A stretch of 63,676 bases of DNA, counting the filler, from Octopus bimaculoides (lineage: Eukaryota): assembly GCF_001194135.2 (NCBI RefSeq). It is 10 parts of 9 records of this genome, joined end to end, with 100 filler letters (N's around TTAATTAATTAA, not from the genome) between each part and the next. Parts side by side here need not be neighbours in the genome. Positions count along the whole stretch, not along the records: positions 32,913 to 39,516 come from NC_068981.1; positions 39,617 to 55,169 come from NC_068987.1; 8 more parts are not named here. One strand, 5' to 3'. The stretch's first letter is position 1; each line of letters opens with the position of its first letter. A program made the translations under genes and the position numbers. Below, piece by piece: positions 36,707 through 49,891 of this stretch. The notes beneath the pieces are model-generated. The model was not told the DNA's origin and did no database searches. It saw only the letters and a program-made list of their open reading frames with translations.

Positions 36707-37737
36707 TTTTCTTTTATAGATTACCCATGAAGACGTTCAGGGATTGGATCTTTCCAAGTGGGAAATTTACTATATAGGTCCTTTTTACAATCATTTTATA
36801 TATATTTTATTGTGATTCTTAAATTTCTTTTCATGTCCATGATTGCTTACCGATTCAAAGTAGTGATACATAGGAAGCATATATTCGCCCAATATATTTC
36901 TGTAGAATTTGATATAATATCGTGCACTTCATTCGTTGTTTACGTTTCAGTTCATGTCATTATACTTCAGCCTCAGACCTATATATATAATATACAGTTT
37001 CCGCCAAAATTGTTTATCTATTCTTTGTAAATTTGGTCTTTAGGTGTTCTTCGAAAATCCCTTGTTACGATTTCTTGGTTATGTACGTTTGTTTCAATCG
37101 TCTTTCGTTATCAATTATTATGATATTTTGAAATCATATTTCCCTGGAGTTTTACCAGAATATTTCTCCTCGATATTTATGGCATTACTGTGTTTTTCTA
37201 ATAAGTTTATGTGAAGCCTAAACACACACAGAAACACGCTTATACACACAAGCACACACACGTATGTATGCATGTGTGTGTATGTAAGAGTGTAGTGTGC
37301 TTGTATAGCATCCATACACATTTGATACATATATATATNNNNNNNNNNNNNNNNNNNNNNNNNNNNNNNNNNNNNNNNNNNNNNNNNNNNNNNNNNNNNN
37401 NNNNNNNNNNNNNNNNNNNNNNNNNNNNNNNNNNNNNNNNNNNNNNNNNNNNNNNNNNNNNNNNNNNNNNNNNNNNNNNNNNNNNNNNNNNNNNNNNNNN
37501 NNNNNNNNNNNNNNNNNNNNNNNNNNNNNNNNNNNNNNNNNNNNNNNNNNNNNNNNNNNNNNNNNNNNNNNNNNNNNNNNNNNNNNNNNNNNNNNNNNNN
37601 NNNNNNNNNNNNNNNNNNNNNNNNNNNNNNNNNNNNNNNNNNNNNNNNNNNNNNNNNNNNNNNNNNNNNNNNNNNNNNNNNNNNNNNNNNNNNNNNNTAT
37701 ATATATATATACATACATACATACATACATACATACA

Positions 37738-37769
<32 letters not shown>

Positions 37770-38399
37770 GTGATCAATAGGTGCGTGGATTTGTAATTAT
37801 TTTGAAACTTGTTGGCTCAGATTTATTTCATACAAAATGTTGCGAGTGGAAATTGGCGTCAACATCTTCAAACGTGCGAAACGAGGCTAATATATTTGAT
37901 CATTTGCAGCGGGTATGCCGTTCATTATTTGTATAGAGTGAACGAAAATTTTAAACGAGATACACCGATATGCAACAATGTATTAGGTGAGATAGATTTG
38001 ATGCATTGCACAAAAGGATACGAGGAACTGGTAGTAAGAGGAGGTAGCTATTTCATGAGAGAAAACCTACGTATGGATGTATGGATATAATTTAGTTTGG
38101 AGGTTTTGCATAGTTGGGTGATATGATTTTAGCCGAGTGCTGGACAAAGACGAGGATTGTCTGAGGAAGAGAAATAACTTCACTGTGAGCAGTTACTGGA
38201 TTTTTGCCTGGCCGACGTACATGGGCCTGCTTAGCCCAGTGTATTTTTTCCGAAAACCTGGGGCCTCTGCTTATTACCATTAACAAGGCAGAGTAAGCAG
38301 TTAATTCTGCATGTCTATGCAATTTATTGTTTCTCGCGGGAGCAGAATTGGTACTTATGAACATCAAAATGTTATATGGAAAGGAGACCTATCAAGGCA

Positions 38400-39130
38400 G
38401 TATGGGAACGTTCCTGGGCTAGTTATTTTTAATGCACAATAACTTATTTACCTAAGTTTTAACATCATCAGATTCGAAATAGTTACCTTGCACTGCATTA
38501 CATCGGTTCCAGCGTTCCTGACCCACTTGGAATCCAGCCTGGAAGTCGTTTTCTATATGAGAGTCATTGACATTGTGTGATTCATTCTGCATTTTAAACC
38601 AGGGTTTTAAAACGGCGAACGTTGAGATGCTTTTTAAACTTAGGGAAAGGATGGAAGTCCACAGGTGATAAATCTAACGAAAAGCTTGGTACGGAAACAA
38701 AACCGTGTTGTATTTCGCGTGAAACCCACGAGTGAGGAGAGCTTAATGATAGGGTATATTTCCGCTGTGAAGAATCTACGTTTTCACCGATCGTATTCCG
38801 ACGATCTCCATGCATGAATGAATTTTCTCCCAATTTCAGATGTTATAGTTTGCGGCAGGTCTTTCAGATAGTTCTTATACGTTCTTCTAATTTTGAAGTG
38901 GCCATACCGCTCGAAATATAGCGTGGAACCCATTATTGCGTCGGCGTACGCTTCCCGAAGCAGACTTCCCGAGTTTAACGCAGAATTTCAAGTTAGCTCT
39001 TTGGTTTATTCTTGATACGGTGTCTCTTCATTCAACTTTTTGATGATCATAATAGAAGATTCATTCCTCCAGTCAGTCCTCTAAGTGCGACGAGGTAGTA
39101 TCGTTTGGCGAGCGTTCGAAATTTAAGTTG
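38400..39130 (-). mobile_element. Decayed mariner transposase fragment
   Basis: SLDLSPVDFHPFPKFKKHLNVRRF corresponds to mariner YSPDLSP.DFHLFPKLK.HL.GRRF. Confidence 0.65.
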
Positions 39131-39469
39131 CGTGGAGTTGAATAAATCTGTTATTACATAATAATGATATATGTAAATATCTACTAAAATTTTGAGAGCC
39201 ACGTTATTTTGTTTGTTTTCTCACTCCTATATATTCGTGTTCGTAGGTATGTAACAGGAAATATATATTCGCATGCATCTATATTCCTATCTATCAATGG
39301 ATATACACGCACATGTGTGTATGTATGTATGTATGTGTGTGTATGTACGTATGTGTGTGTATGTATGTATGTATGTGTGTGTATGTATGATTTGTGACTA
39401 TTCGGTGGTACAGAAGTATTTTTTGACTTCTATGTTTCTAGCGATATAGGTACTCACGTAGTACCCTTG

Positions 39470-39516
<47 letters not shown>

Positions 39517-39674
39517 NNNNNNNNNNNNNNNNNNNNNNNNNNNNNNNNNNNNNNNNNNNNTTAATTAATTAANNNNNNNNNNNNNNNNNNNNNNNNNNNN
39601 NNNNNNNNNNNNNNNNTGTGTGTGTGTGTGTGTGTGTGTGTGTGTCTGTGTGTGTGTGTGTGTGTATGCATATA

Positions 39675-40162
39675 CAGTGGTTTGACAAATTAATGGAAAT
39701 ACGTTAAAATTTCCAACAAATTGATTCTACTATGGGGTAGGACAGCCTTTGCCAGTAATTACACCTTGAATTCTACGAGGTACAAAATTTGAATTGTTTG
39801 CAATGGAATTCTTGTCCATTCTTCAACTAAAACATTCTACAGTTAAACGCTGGAGTACATCGACTCCTTACTTGTTTTTCTAAAATGCACCATAAATAGG
39901 GAATAATATTGAGATTTGGGGTCTGTTGTGGCCAGATAAGCAGTTCAATTTCATAAGAATGTTCCTCGTGCCATTCAGTAACAACTTTAGCTACGTGAAT
40001 TGGTGCATTATCATCCTGAAAGATTGCGTTTCCCTCTGCAAACAGTGCCGCAAACATACGATAAATTTGATCGGATAAAATGCACAAATAGACTTGACTA
40101 TTAATTCTGCCATGAAGGGAAACCATTGGTTCGGCGGATTTCCAAGATATAGCCCCCCCCCC
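39675..40162 (-). mobile_element. Tc1-family copy, 3' end, same family as 1566-2437
   Basis: TA|CAGTGG terminus. Minus-strand translation GAISWKSAEPMVSLHGRINSQ...QDDNAPIH...WPQQTPNLNII matches the copy at 1566. Confidence 0.88.
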
Positions 40163-40791
40163 NNNNNNNNNNNNNNNNNNNNNNNNNNNNNNNNNNNNNN
40201 NNNNNNNNNNNNNNNNNNNNNNNNNNNNNNNNNNNNNNNNNNNNNNNNNNNNNNNNNNNNNNNNNNNNNNNNNNNNNNNNNNNNNNNNNNNNNNNNNNNN
40301 NNNNNNNNNNNNNNNNNNNNNNNNNNNNNNNNNNNNNNNNNNNNNNNNNNNNNNNNNNNNNNNNNNNNNNNNNNNNNNNNNNNNNNNNNNNNNNNNNNNN
40401 NNNNNNNNNNNNNNNNNNNNNNNNNNNNNNNNNNNNNNNNNNNNNNNNNNNNNNNNNNNNNNNNNNNNNNNNNNNNNNNNNNNNNNNNNNNNNNNNNNNN
40501 NNNNNNNNNNNNNNNNNNNNNNNNNNNNNNNNNNNNNNNNNNNNNNNNNNNNNNNNNNNNNNNNNNNNNNNNNNNNNNNNNNNNNNNNNNNNNNNNNNNN
40601 NNNNNNNNNNNNNNNNNNNNNNNNNNNNNNNNNNNNNNNNNNNNNNNNNNNNNNNNNNNNNNNNNNNNNNNNNNNNNNNNNNNNNNNNNNNNNNNNNNNN
40701 NNNNNNNNNNNNNNNNNNNNNNNNNNNNNNNNNNNNNNNNNNNNNNNNNNNNNNNNNNNNNNNNNNNNNNNNNNNNNNNNNNNNNNNNNNN

Positions 40792-40826
<35 letters not shown>

Positions 40827-40832
40827 TATATA

Positions 40833-41205
40833 CAGGAGTGGGACACAACAATGGGAACGCCTTAAAATTTCAAACAAATTTATTTTAATATGGGATAGGA
40901 CAACTTTTGCCAGTAATTGCAGCTTGAATTCTACAAGGTATGGATTCGTCCAAAATTTGAATCGTTTCCAAAGGAATTTTTGTCCATTCTTCAGCAAAAG
41001 CAGTTTCCAGTTCTTGTAGTTACGACGGTAGTGGATGTCGATTCCTTACTTGTTTTTGTAAAATACACCATAAATCTTGAATAATACTGAGATCTGGGGT
41101 GTGCGGTGACTAGATCACATGTTCAACCCTACTCAAATGTTCTTCGTGCCATTCAGTAACAACTTTAACTTTGTGCATTGGTGCGAAATCATCCTGAAAG
41201 TGAAA
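40833..41205 (-). mobile_element. Third Tc1-family copy, 3' end
   Basis: TA|CAGGAGTGG terminus. Sequence parallels 39675-40020 (GGACAACTTTTGCCAGTAATTGCAGCTTGAATTCTACAAGG...GTGCCATTCAGTAACAACTTTA). Confidence 0.85.
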
Positions 41206-42199
41206 TTTGTAGACAGAAACTGAAAGAAGTAAAAGAAAAAAATATATATTACATAAATGCCTGCGTATATATATTTATGTATGTATGTATTTATGTATAT
41301 CAAGAATTTACTTGCAGATGCCTATTGCACTGTATATTGCATAATGTTGCATGGAAATCATATTTAGAATATGAAGAAAATATTTTGAAAAAGTATATAT
41401 ATATATATACACACACACATATACGTGCATGTGTGTCTGCGCGTATATGTACAAACAGATTTTCGCGATTACCCTTATGTATCTAGACAGTGAAGTTAGA
41501 TTTTCTTAATGCTATATCAAGATTGGATAATCCTTGATTATCTTCTCTTCCTTTCTTGAGACAGTTCTAATTTTTAGTTGGCAATAATGAAACATCTAGA
41601 GATGAAGATAATTGTAATAAATCGATAATTTATCCTCTTTTATCGTATCCTGCTGCTACTGCACCTATTCCTTTATTTTTCTCTGTAGTTCATTTTCACA
41701 TTGATATTCTTCTTTTTAACACATTCTTCAACTGCTGTCTTCTAACTTACAATTTGTATTTAAACGTATGTCGTTCCTCTTGGTCATATTCGCCTCAATA
41801 TTTTTTGTTTCCCTCCCACTCACTTCAATTACCTCTCTTTTCCTTTCCAACAATTTCATCGAATTTCAATTACCTATGAAGCTACAGTTTACATACCATC
41901 ATCCAAACTAACCTTGTTTGTTTTGTGTGTGTCTAGACATAAGTCAATATTCTTCTGACTGTTGAATTGTATAAAATATTACTCCTTGTCATTAATTATT
42001 TGTCTCACATATATATGGTTGTTTACCATTTGTGTTAGTAGTTTTCACTATCTCAATGATATTTACAATAACTAGAGAGTTTAGAGAAGTACTATAAAAC
42101 TTCAGACGTAAGTGTACCGAAAATGTGCTGAAAAAAATCTTTTTTTTTTTGTTGAATATGGGATGATTATTAAGCATATCCAGTATAAATCGGAACATA

Positions 42200-43900
42200 A
42201 AGGCGTTTCAACACTTACACATTTTTATGTTTAAATTGCATACCTTGCCCAGATAGTTTATAGCATCATTTTCGCAACGTAAAAGAGTATCGACTGCAAA
42301 CTCTGTTATATTGATGAAAATCTAGATAATATGAGTTCGTTCAACTCATGCAATGTCTTACTTTTATGTTCATCAGTCCGAAGCAGATAAAATATATATT
42401 ACCCAGATAATTCAGTCGATTTAATTGTTGTTTTATTATCTTCCACGAAATATAATTTCGTCAGTTTAAGATAACATTCTTTTTGTTCTTTCGATTCTTC
42501 GAATCGTAATAGTTATTCAAATCTCCCATTTCTTTATAGAGTCGTTTGCATTTTTTATTGAACTACGCAAGAGCTTCTATGCTATGCTGGGCAGACGAGA
42601 GCAGAAAAGATTAATATTGGTGCTCCATAGTGCAATATGTTTCACCAAATTCACTGATGGTTGGGTTGTTTTTTAGCTTCATCTGACTAAAAGAAACTGT
42701 TGTTGATTGTTTAATGTTGAATTGAGCAGCAGATGCTGAACAACTTTGTAGCCGGTGATGGCACACTGTTATTCCGTTGAAGAATCACTGCTGGATTTCT
42801 TCAAATCTGTTGTCTTCGCTTGAAATTATCACTTCTGTTGTCGGTCATCTTGTAGGATGTTCGTGAGTAACTCCCCTGGTTCGAGTGTACTTTTCAACAT
42901 ACAGACCGTAGATACAACTGATACTATTTTACCCCGTTTTGAAGCATGGTATGCATTGTAGCTTTACATCCACAAACAAATCTCTTGCAGGCTAGCAGAG
43001 GATATAAGTATTGCAGTAAGACATCAAATGATATTAGACGTTTCTTCCGATATCCTGATATATTTTGAAGTGTAATGCAATGCAACAAATCACTGTACAC
43101 TAATTCATATGGTATCGTCTACAGTGAGAATCACTTACTATACCAAATTCTACATACGGCTGTAAATCCTTGATTGTTCAAAAGAATATCAGTTAGTTCA
43201 TAACGCCTCCTTCATAATGTTAAATAAAGCCAGCATTCTTAACGAGTTTATTAATTTAATAAACGTCTAATTCTTTTCGAAATGATAACAGACGGAGGTT
43301 AAACAATTCTAACTCTAATATATCTATAATGCAGTTGCAATAGTATATTTTTACTATGATTCTCCTAGTATGTGCTCCGTTCATTCGCCATATTTGTGGA
43401 GTGAATATGATCATGTCTTACATGTAATATGACGTCAGCCCCATTTCTATTTAACTGTTACTGATGATCAGGAGGAGGAGAAGGAAATTGATGACATTGC
43501 CGATATTATAATTGCTCTTTATTGCATTTCTGATTGATGAATTAAAGTATATGCATCTTGTAGCATTGTAAAATTGTATTCCACTGACTAAATATTCCTA
43601 TACCACCCTTCTAAGTTACACATTGTATGAGAAATCAAATTGAGAACAACACTTCTGCTACACACTCTCAAACTGGTGAAATTGCTGTTGTCATTGAGTA
43701 GTGGTGTCTTCTGAAAGTAATATTTAGCCATAAATGTTTGCCAGCCGAAATGAAATATCCTAGAGAAAAATATTGATTTGCCATGAGCATAGTTGCAATA
43801 TTAACCAGATAAAATTGCATACTAGGCATCGTATAGCCGTTTGCGGTTTCTATGGTGGGCTTGTGGTTTCAAAAGACATCATAAATTGATGTAGTCGCAG
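42200..43900 (-). mobile_element. Probable highly decayed Helitron Rep/helicase remnant
   Basis: Minus-strand fragments LNELILSRF...ENDA and YFQKTPLL...FTSLRV resemble PIF1-type Helitron motifs (INE.ILSRF...DAVNYP; YYLRLLL...SF.DLRTV). Many stops. Confidence 0.4.
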
Positions 43901-44174
43901 TAGAAATGTAATAAATGCTAGATAATGCATACGTAGCAAGCTCCCTCGCAACTATTCTTCTGAAAACGTCATTGGATAGTTATAACTTGTTTATACAAGT
44001 ATTTACTGCATGTTCGATTTGTAACCAGGTATGTATATTGACAAAATATACTACGGCCGTTTCTCATGCAAGCAGGCGTTATTTACAATAAACTATTCGA
44101 TAACACGTAGTGTGGATATACGCATTTTTAAAATCTGGCATTTTATATTCTGTCATATTACAATGTCTAACTGA

Positions 44175-45110
44175 TAACAAATATACGTGGACTCATCAGT
44201 AAGTATTAATACTGTTGCCATAGTAACGAAGACAAAGCATACAGAGTGAAGACGCTTGACACAGATAGATTTTGAACTTTGTTGTGCATGTGCACTAAGT
44301 TTTTACGTCCTAGCTCTCTTCCACTGTTTACAGCAGTGCATACAAGTAACGTGTGTCGCGTTGACCATGACAGAATATTCAGCAGAGAATCTGCATCAGA
44401 TTTTGCCAAAAGCTTGGCGATACCTGCTCAGAGGCCTACGCAAAGTTTTCAAAACGTTTTCATCATCCTCCATGCAATCAAGGTTTTGTGCAACTAAAAC
44501 CCGGGTGTCTTTTTGCTTAGTTGAAATCAGTTTTGGCACAAACTTGGCAGACATGCTCTCATAGCCAAATCTTTGGTGATAATAGACTAAGCTGAAGCGT
44601 AACCAATTTGCCAATTCTCTGATAGTTCACAGATGATGATTTCATGATTTCCCCTCACACCTGCACGTACATCTGCGATGCTTTCCTTAATTCGGCTGGT
44701 AGCAGGTGTCTCAGAACGTTCACTACCGACATTTTATCGATGATCTTGGAAACGCCTGAACCATTCGTACCCTTGTGTGCAGCTCATACACTCCAGTCCA
44801 TACACTTTCTGGAACTTTACGTAGTCTTCTGAGCAGGTGTCACCAGGCCAACTTTCTCCATCATGGTTAATGACACGGTCACACATTGCACACGCTACTT
44901 CGAAGCACTGCTGTTTACAGTAGAAGTGAGCGAGAACGTTAAAACTTAATTCACATGCACTAAGATTAATCAGTACCAAGCGGCTTCACTCTCGAACAGT
45001 GTTGCAGAGTCATGGAGGTGCTGATAACAGCCAAAAAATATTCCGGATGTGATGACCAGCTGTGCAAGAGAGAAGTTTCGCGGGCTGTTTGACTTGTTCT
45101 TCGAGATTTA
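44175..45110 (-). mobile_element. Decayed mariner element
   Basis: GYECMSCTQGYEWFRRFQDHR (HTH region) and SAKFVPKLISTKQKDTRVLVAQ...EDDENVLKTL match mariner WVPR/FVPR region motifs. Confidence 0.75.
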
Positions 45111-45329
45111 GTTTAATATGCCAGGTTTGGTGATTTCTTCGCAGATGTCTACCGCAAATGGCAGCAGAACGGGAGAATTCCCAGAGCTGTGATCCGTGGA
45201 GTATTGGTGCTGCTCTGAAAGAACCCGAACAAAGGGGACCAAATCCAAAATTTTAGGCTTATAAGATTATAAGATTCTGACCAAGGTGTTTGCCAAGTGG
45301 TTGGCTCTTCTCATCGAAAAGCTGGTAGG

Positions 45330-45960
45330 TGACACGCACACATGCACTATCTCGAACAGATCTATCCACGACAGCCTCCACGCGCTACAACATAGAAAGA
45401 ATGGGCAAGGAGCCTGGCATGGGTGAGGCCAAGTCTGTTTGGATCAATCGAAAGCTTTTGATATGGTCGATTACTAATATCACTGTTTTCGTTGCAGTGG
45501 CTTTCGTTCCCGACCCACTGTGTACGTACTGGTCTCTTGAAGCATTGCAGCAGTAACTGGATATTTCAAGGGGCATCCCGCAAAATTTAAGATGCGGAAG
45601 ATGAGGGTACGCTTATGCAGACGGTCACCGTAATATTGTCGGACATCTTGGAAATGGAGATGATCGGCACCGCTCTAAATAAGTGAGGAGCGGTGAGGAG
45701 CAAAGATTAACCAGGAGAAGTCGGTGGGCTTGCAGCTAGGTACCTAGGAAAGCAGTTCCAGCAACGTTGGATTGAAGGCCCGGTTAACACACTTGGGATC
45801 CCTTTTAGTCTGAACCGCCAGGTTGAAAAGAACAGAGATGAGGTGATGAGCAGGGTGGTCAGTCTCAATCACAAATAGGCAGAGAGGAAGCTATGCTTGA
45901 AGAGTTGTGCAGAGTGGTGAATGTTTCATCGTTCTGACATGTACTACCGTCTGACTGTCA
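45330..45960 (+). mobile_element. Decayed Tx1/L1-like RT fragment
   Basis: IERMGKEPGMG...GATCAATCGAAAGCTTTTGATATGGTCGA (DQSKAFDMVD) is homologous to the copy at 55270-55490. Confidence 0.65.
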
Positions 45961-46009
45961 TCCAGGTTGTATTATTGGGTTGAAAGTGTCTTGCGCAAGA
46001 TGTGGGCTA

Positions 46010-46051
<42 letters not shown>

Positions 46052-46472
46052 ATTATTATTATTATTATGTTGTTTTTTTTCTTCTTTCTTCAAATTTTCT
46101 TCCATTTCTCGCCGAATGTTTTCCGTACACCTAGGGCAGAGAAACTCGTTGTATGCATTCCCAGTTTACACACGAAAATTCACAGGTAAAACATGTATTT
46201 AAGGAAAAAAAGAAAAAAATACAAATTGAAACAGTACACCAAATCGCTTGTTCAATGGTTATAATGGAAGTGCGCCTGTCACGAATCTATCAGTCTGACG
46301 ACGAAACATTTTCGAATGGCAGAATATCTTCCCCTAATACGAACCTGGAAGGTCACTTAGACGGGATTTGTCCCAAATTAAGCCCCCAAAGTTCACCACC
46401 ACAACGACCACAAAATCAAAACTGTAAAAGAACTAAATTGAACCGGTAAGAATATAAAGAAGTAATATACGC

Positions 46473-46513
<41 letters not shown>

Positions 46514-46539
46514 ATTATTATTATTATTATTATTATAAA

Positions 46540-46720
46540 AGCGGTGAGCTGGTTGGACCGTTAGAACACCGGGCAAAAAGCTTACTGCACGTTTTCAGGT
46601 TAAATTCCGCCGACGTCGACTCTGTCTTTCATCGTTTCGGGGTCGATTAAATAAGTACCAGTTCTGCACTGTAGTCGAACTTAATGCTCCCACTAAATTT
46701 CAGACATTGAGCCTATGGTA
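46540..46720 (+). mobile_element. OR-like tRNA-derived SINE; further copies at about 47410-47550, 47720-47920, 61495-61830 (+) and 30470-30605, 62200-62390 (-)
   Basis: GCGGTGAGCTGG...AAATTCCGCCGACGTCGACT.TG.CTTTCATC.TTTCGGGGTCGAT.AAATAAGTACCAG shared body. Confidence 0.75.
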
Positions 46721-46893
46721 GAGAATCTTCTTCNNNNNNNNNNNNNNNNNNNNNNNNNNNNNNNNNNNNNNNNNNNNNNNNNNNNNNNNNNNNNNNNNNN
46801 NNNNNNNNNNNNNNNNNNNNNNNNNNNNNNNNNNNNNNNNNNNNNNNNNNNNNNNNNNNNNNNNNNNNNNNNNNNNNNNNNNNNNNNNNNNNN

Positions 46894-47389
46894 TCTTCTT
46901 CTTCTTCTTTTTTCTTTTACTTTTTCTTCTTCTTCTTCTTCTTTTTTCTTTTACTTTTTCTTCTTCTTCTTCTTCTTTTTTCTTTTACTTTTTCTTCTTC
47001 TTCTTCTTCTTCTTCTTCTTCTCCTCCTCCTCCTTCTTTTTCCTTTTCTTCCTCTTTTTTCTTCTTCTTTTTCTTCTTCTTCTTCTGCTTCTTCTTCTTC
47101 TTCTCCTCCTCCTCCTTCTTTTTCCTCTTCTTCTTTTTTTTCTTCTTTTTCTTCTTCTTCTTCTTCTTCTTTTTCTTCTTCTACCTTCTTCTTCTTCTTC
47201 TTCTTCTTCTTCTTCTTCTTCTTCTTCTACCTTCTTCTTCTTCTTCTTCTTCTTCTTCTTCTCCTTCTCCTTCTTCTCCTTCTTCTCCTCCTCCTTCTCC
47301 TCCTCCTCCCCCTCTTCTTCTGATTCTTGTTCTTGTTCTTGTTCTTGTTCTTGTTCTTGTTCTTGTTCTTCTTCTTCTTCTTCTTCTTC
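46894..47389. repeat. About 500-bp (TTC/CTC)n polypyrimidine-polypurine tract
   Basis: Read directly from the sequence; almost entirely C/T on the plus strand. Confidence 0.95.
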
Positions 47390-47539
47390 ATTATTATTAT
47401 TATTATTACTGAGTTCAAATTCCGGCAAGCTCGATTTTGCCTTTCATTATTTCGGGATCGATAAATTAAGTACCAGTTACTCGCTGGGGATCGATGCAAT
47501 TGACTGGTCCCCTCCCCTAAAATTTGAGGCCTTGTACCT

Positions 47540-47593
47540 ATAGTAAAAATAATAATAATAATAATGATAATAATAATAATAATTATTATTATT

Positions 47594-47649
<56 letters not shown>

Positions 47650-47654
47650 TATTA

Positions 47655-47714
<60 letters not shown>

Positions 47715-47720
47715 TTATTA
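47540..47720. repeat. Compound (TAA)n-(CAT)n-(TAT)n microsatellite
   Basis: Read directly from the sequence. Confidence 0.95.
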
Positions 47721-49125
47721 AGGCTGTGAGCTGGCAGAACCGGTAACACGCCGGGCACAGGCATTTCGGCCAGGTTCACGTTCCGTGTTGAAATTTCTCC
47801 AAAGTCTTTCTTTTTCATCATTTCGGGGTCGATAAATTAAGTACCACTGATATACTGGAGTCGATGTATTCCACTAATCTTCTCCCTTAAATTTCAGGCT
47901 TTATGCTTTTAGTAGAAAATATTATTATTAATATTATCCTCATCATAAATAGTATCAAAGCGGTGTGAACAGGCACAATTTTTACCTCATCGAAAATAAT
48001 GCATAACAGAATTTACTCCGGCTTTACATTCTATGTTCAAAATCTACCGAAGCTGAGTTTGTTGCATGTACAATCAGGCAAGATGCAATATGAATGTTAC
48101 TACTAAGGGGCTGTCAAAAAACATCAGAAACATCACAACCCAGCCGTGGTGGAAGTGTGTATGAAGGAAGAAATTAAATACATCCCAAATAGCAATTCGC
48201 TTGGGATAATAATTTTAAATGTTGTATGTATGTGTGTGTATGAGTGTGTGTGTATGTATGCGTGTGTGTATGTGTATGTGTATGCGTGTGTGTGTGTGGG
48301 TGTGTGCGTGCGTGCGTGTTTGCGTGGATAAGTGTGTTTCCGTATCTATAACACGGGCATAAATATATTCACGCCTTTTCGTATCAAAACCCCATACATT
48401 TCTGTCTTCTGAAATACGTAATGTAATCTTGTAATCTATATAGGCAAGCAATCGCGCTGCTGAATTATGCTACAATTCGTTTATTGAATTTACTAATTTA
48501 CTAATTTTAGCACTTCGCATTTCGTGTGTTTCCAAACAATGTCGATTTTTAACATCAACCTAATGAAGCTTACTAGATATTTAAATATATATTAAACAGT
48601 CTAGCTATCAAAGTATTTATTAATCGAATTACAGATCACATAAATTTGATTAGATTTGTCTTGGAGACCTTTTCTAATAATTTTAATGTTACACAATTAA
48701 GAGAGCCACTAATAATGAACAAATGATTTTTATATATTTATTTATATATGTAATTAATTAGGTACTATAGATGTTAGGCATTGTTATGATCTTTACTGTC
48801 GAATTATGTCTTGCAATTCTATTGAAATATATGATGAATGATGGGGATTCAGACAGATGAAAAGCATCGTGAACAAATACAATTGTTTACGCTGTGGTAC
48901 AAAGACATTCACCCACCAACTTATGTACATATTATCACAAGATTGATGTTGCCGGCTAATCTAATAATGATTCCATAAATCTTTCGGCTGATCAAAACAT
49001 TTCCCGGTGATATATATAAAGCCGAAGCACTTTCGGTGAATTGTGACTCTCTATATATATGTATTAACCATCGTATGTATCAATATAAACTTGTGTTTAT
49101 ATAAATAAATGAATACATATATATA

Positions 49126-49174
<49 letters not shown>

Positions 49175-49891
49175 CTTTGTATGTATATATGTACGTATAG
49201 TTGTATTGGTTTTAGATTATTGCAGTTCAGAGCTAGAAGAATTTATGTTCAAACTACATTCATTTACTTCTCTCATATGTAATTCTTCTAAACTAGATTT
49301 ATACCTCTCTTTGTCGAGCTCGTACAATATTTAATATTGCCTCACCTTCTATGTTGCACTCTAACTCTCGAAAGTATTTTTTTAGGATAAATTGAAGAGA
49401 GTGTTTCAAAACACCTTCCTGGAATGGACTTTCCTTTTACTTTAGTTAATTTACTGGCCTGCCTACACATTTTTTTTATTATTTACCAAAACACACACAC
49501 AAAGTATATATATATATATATATATATATNNNNNNNNNNNNNNNNNNNNNNNNNNNNNNNNNNNNNNNNNNNNNNNNNNNNNNNNNNNNNNNNNNNNNNN
49601 NNNNNNNNNNNNNNNNNNNNNNNNNNNNNNNNNNNNNNNNNNNNNNNNNNNNNNNNNNNNNNNNNNNNNNNNNNNNNNNNNNNNNNNNNNNNNNNNNNNN
49701 NNNNNNATATATATATATATATATATATATATAATTCAAAGAGAGATAAAGGTTGTGAATCCAACCAATTATGGGATAGTATCTATCCAATATACTGCGG
49801 GTAGAATACCTAATTAATACGCAAGTGTAGGTTATTGGGTGGCAATTACACCAATGAATATAATAATTAGTCGAGGGTAATACCCTTAATT

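Noticed and set aside
37780-38090. Possible further mariner 3' remnant
   Set aside because: Similarity is too degraded to support from inspection.
46715-47821. Poly-E/K/R, poly-I/M and poly-N/D ORFs
   Set aside because: Translations of microsatellites.
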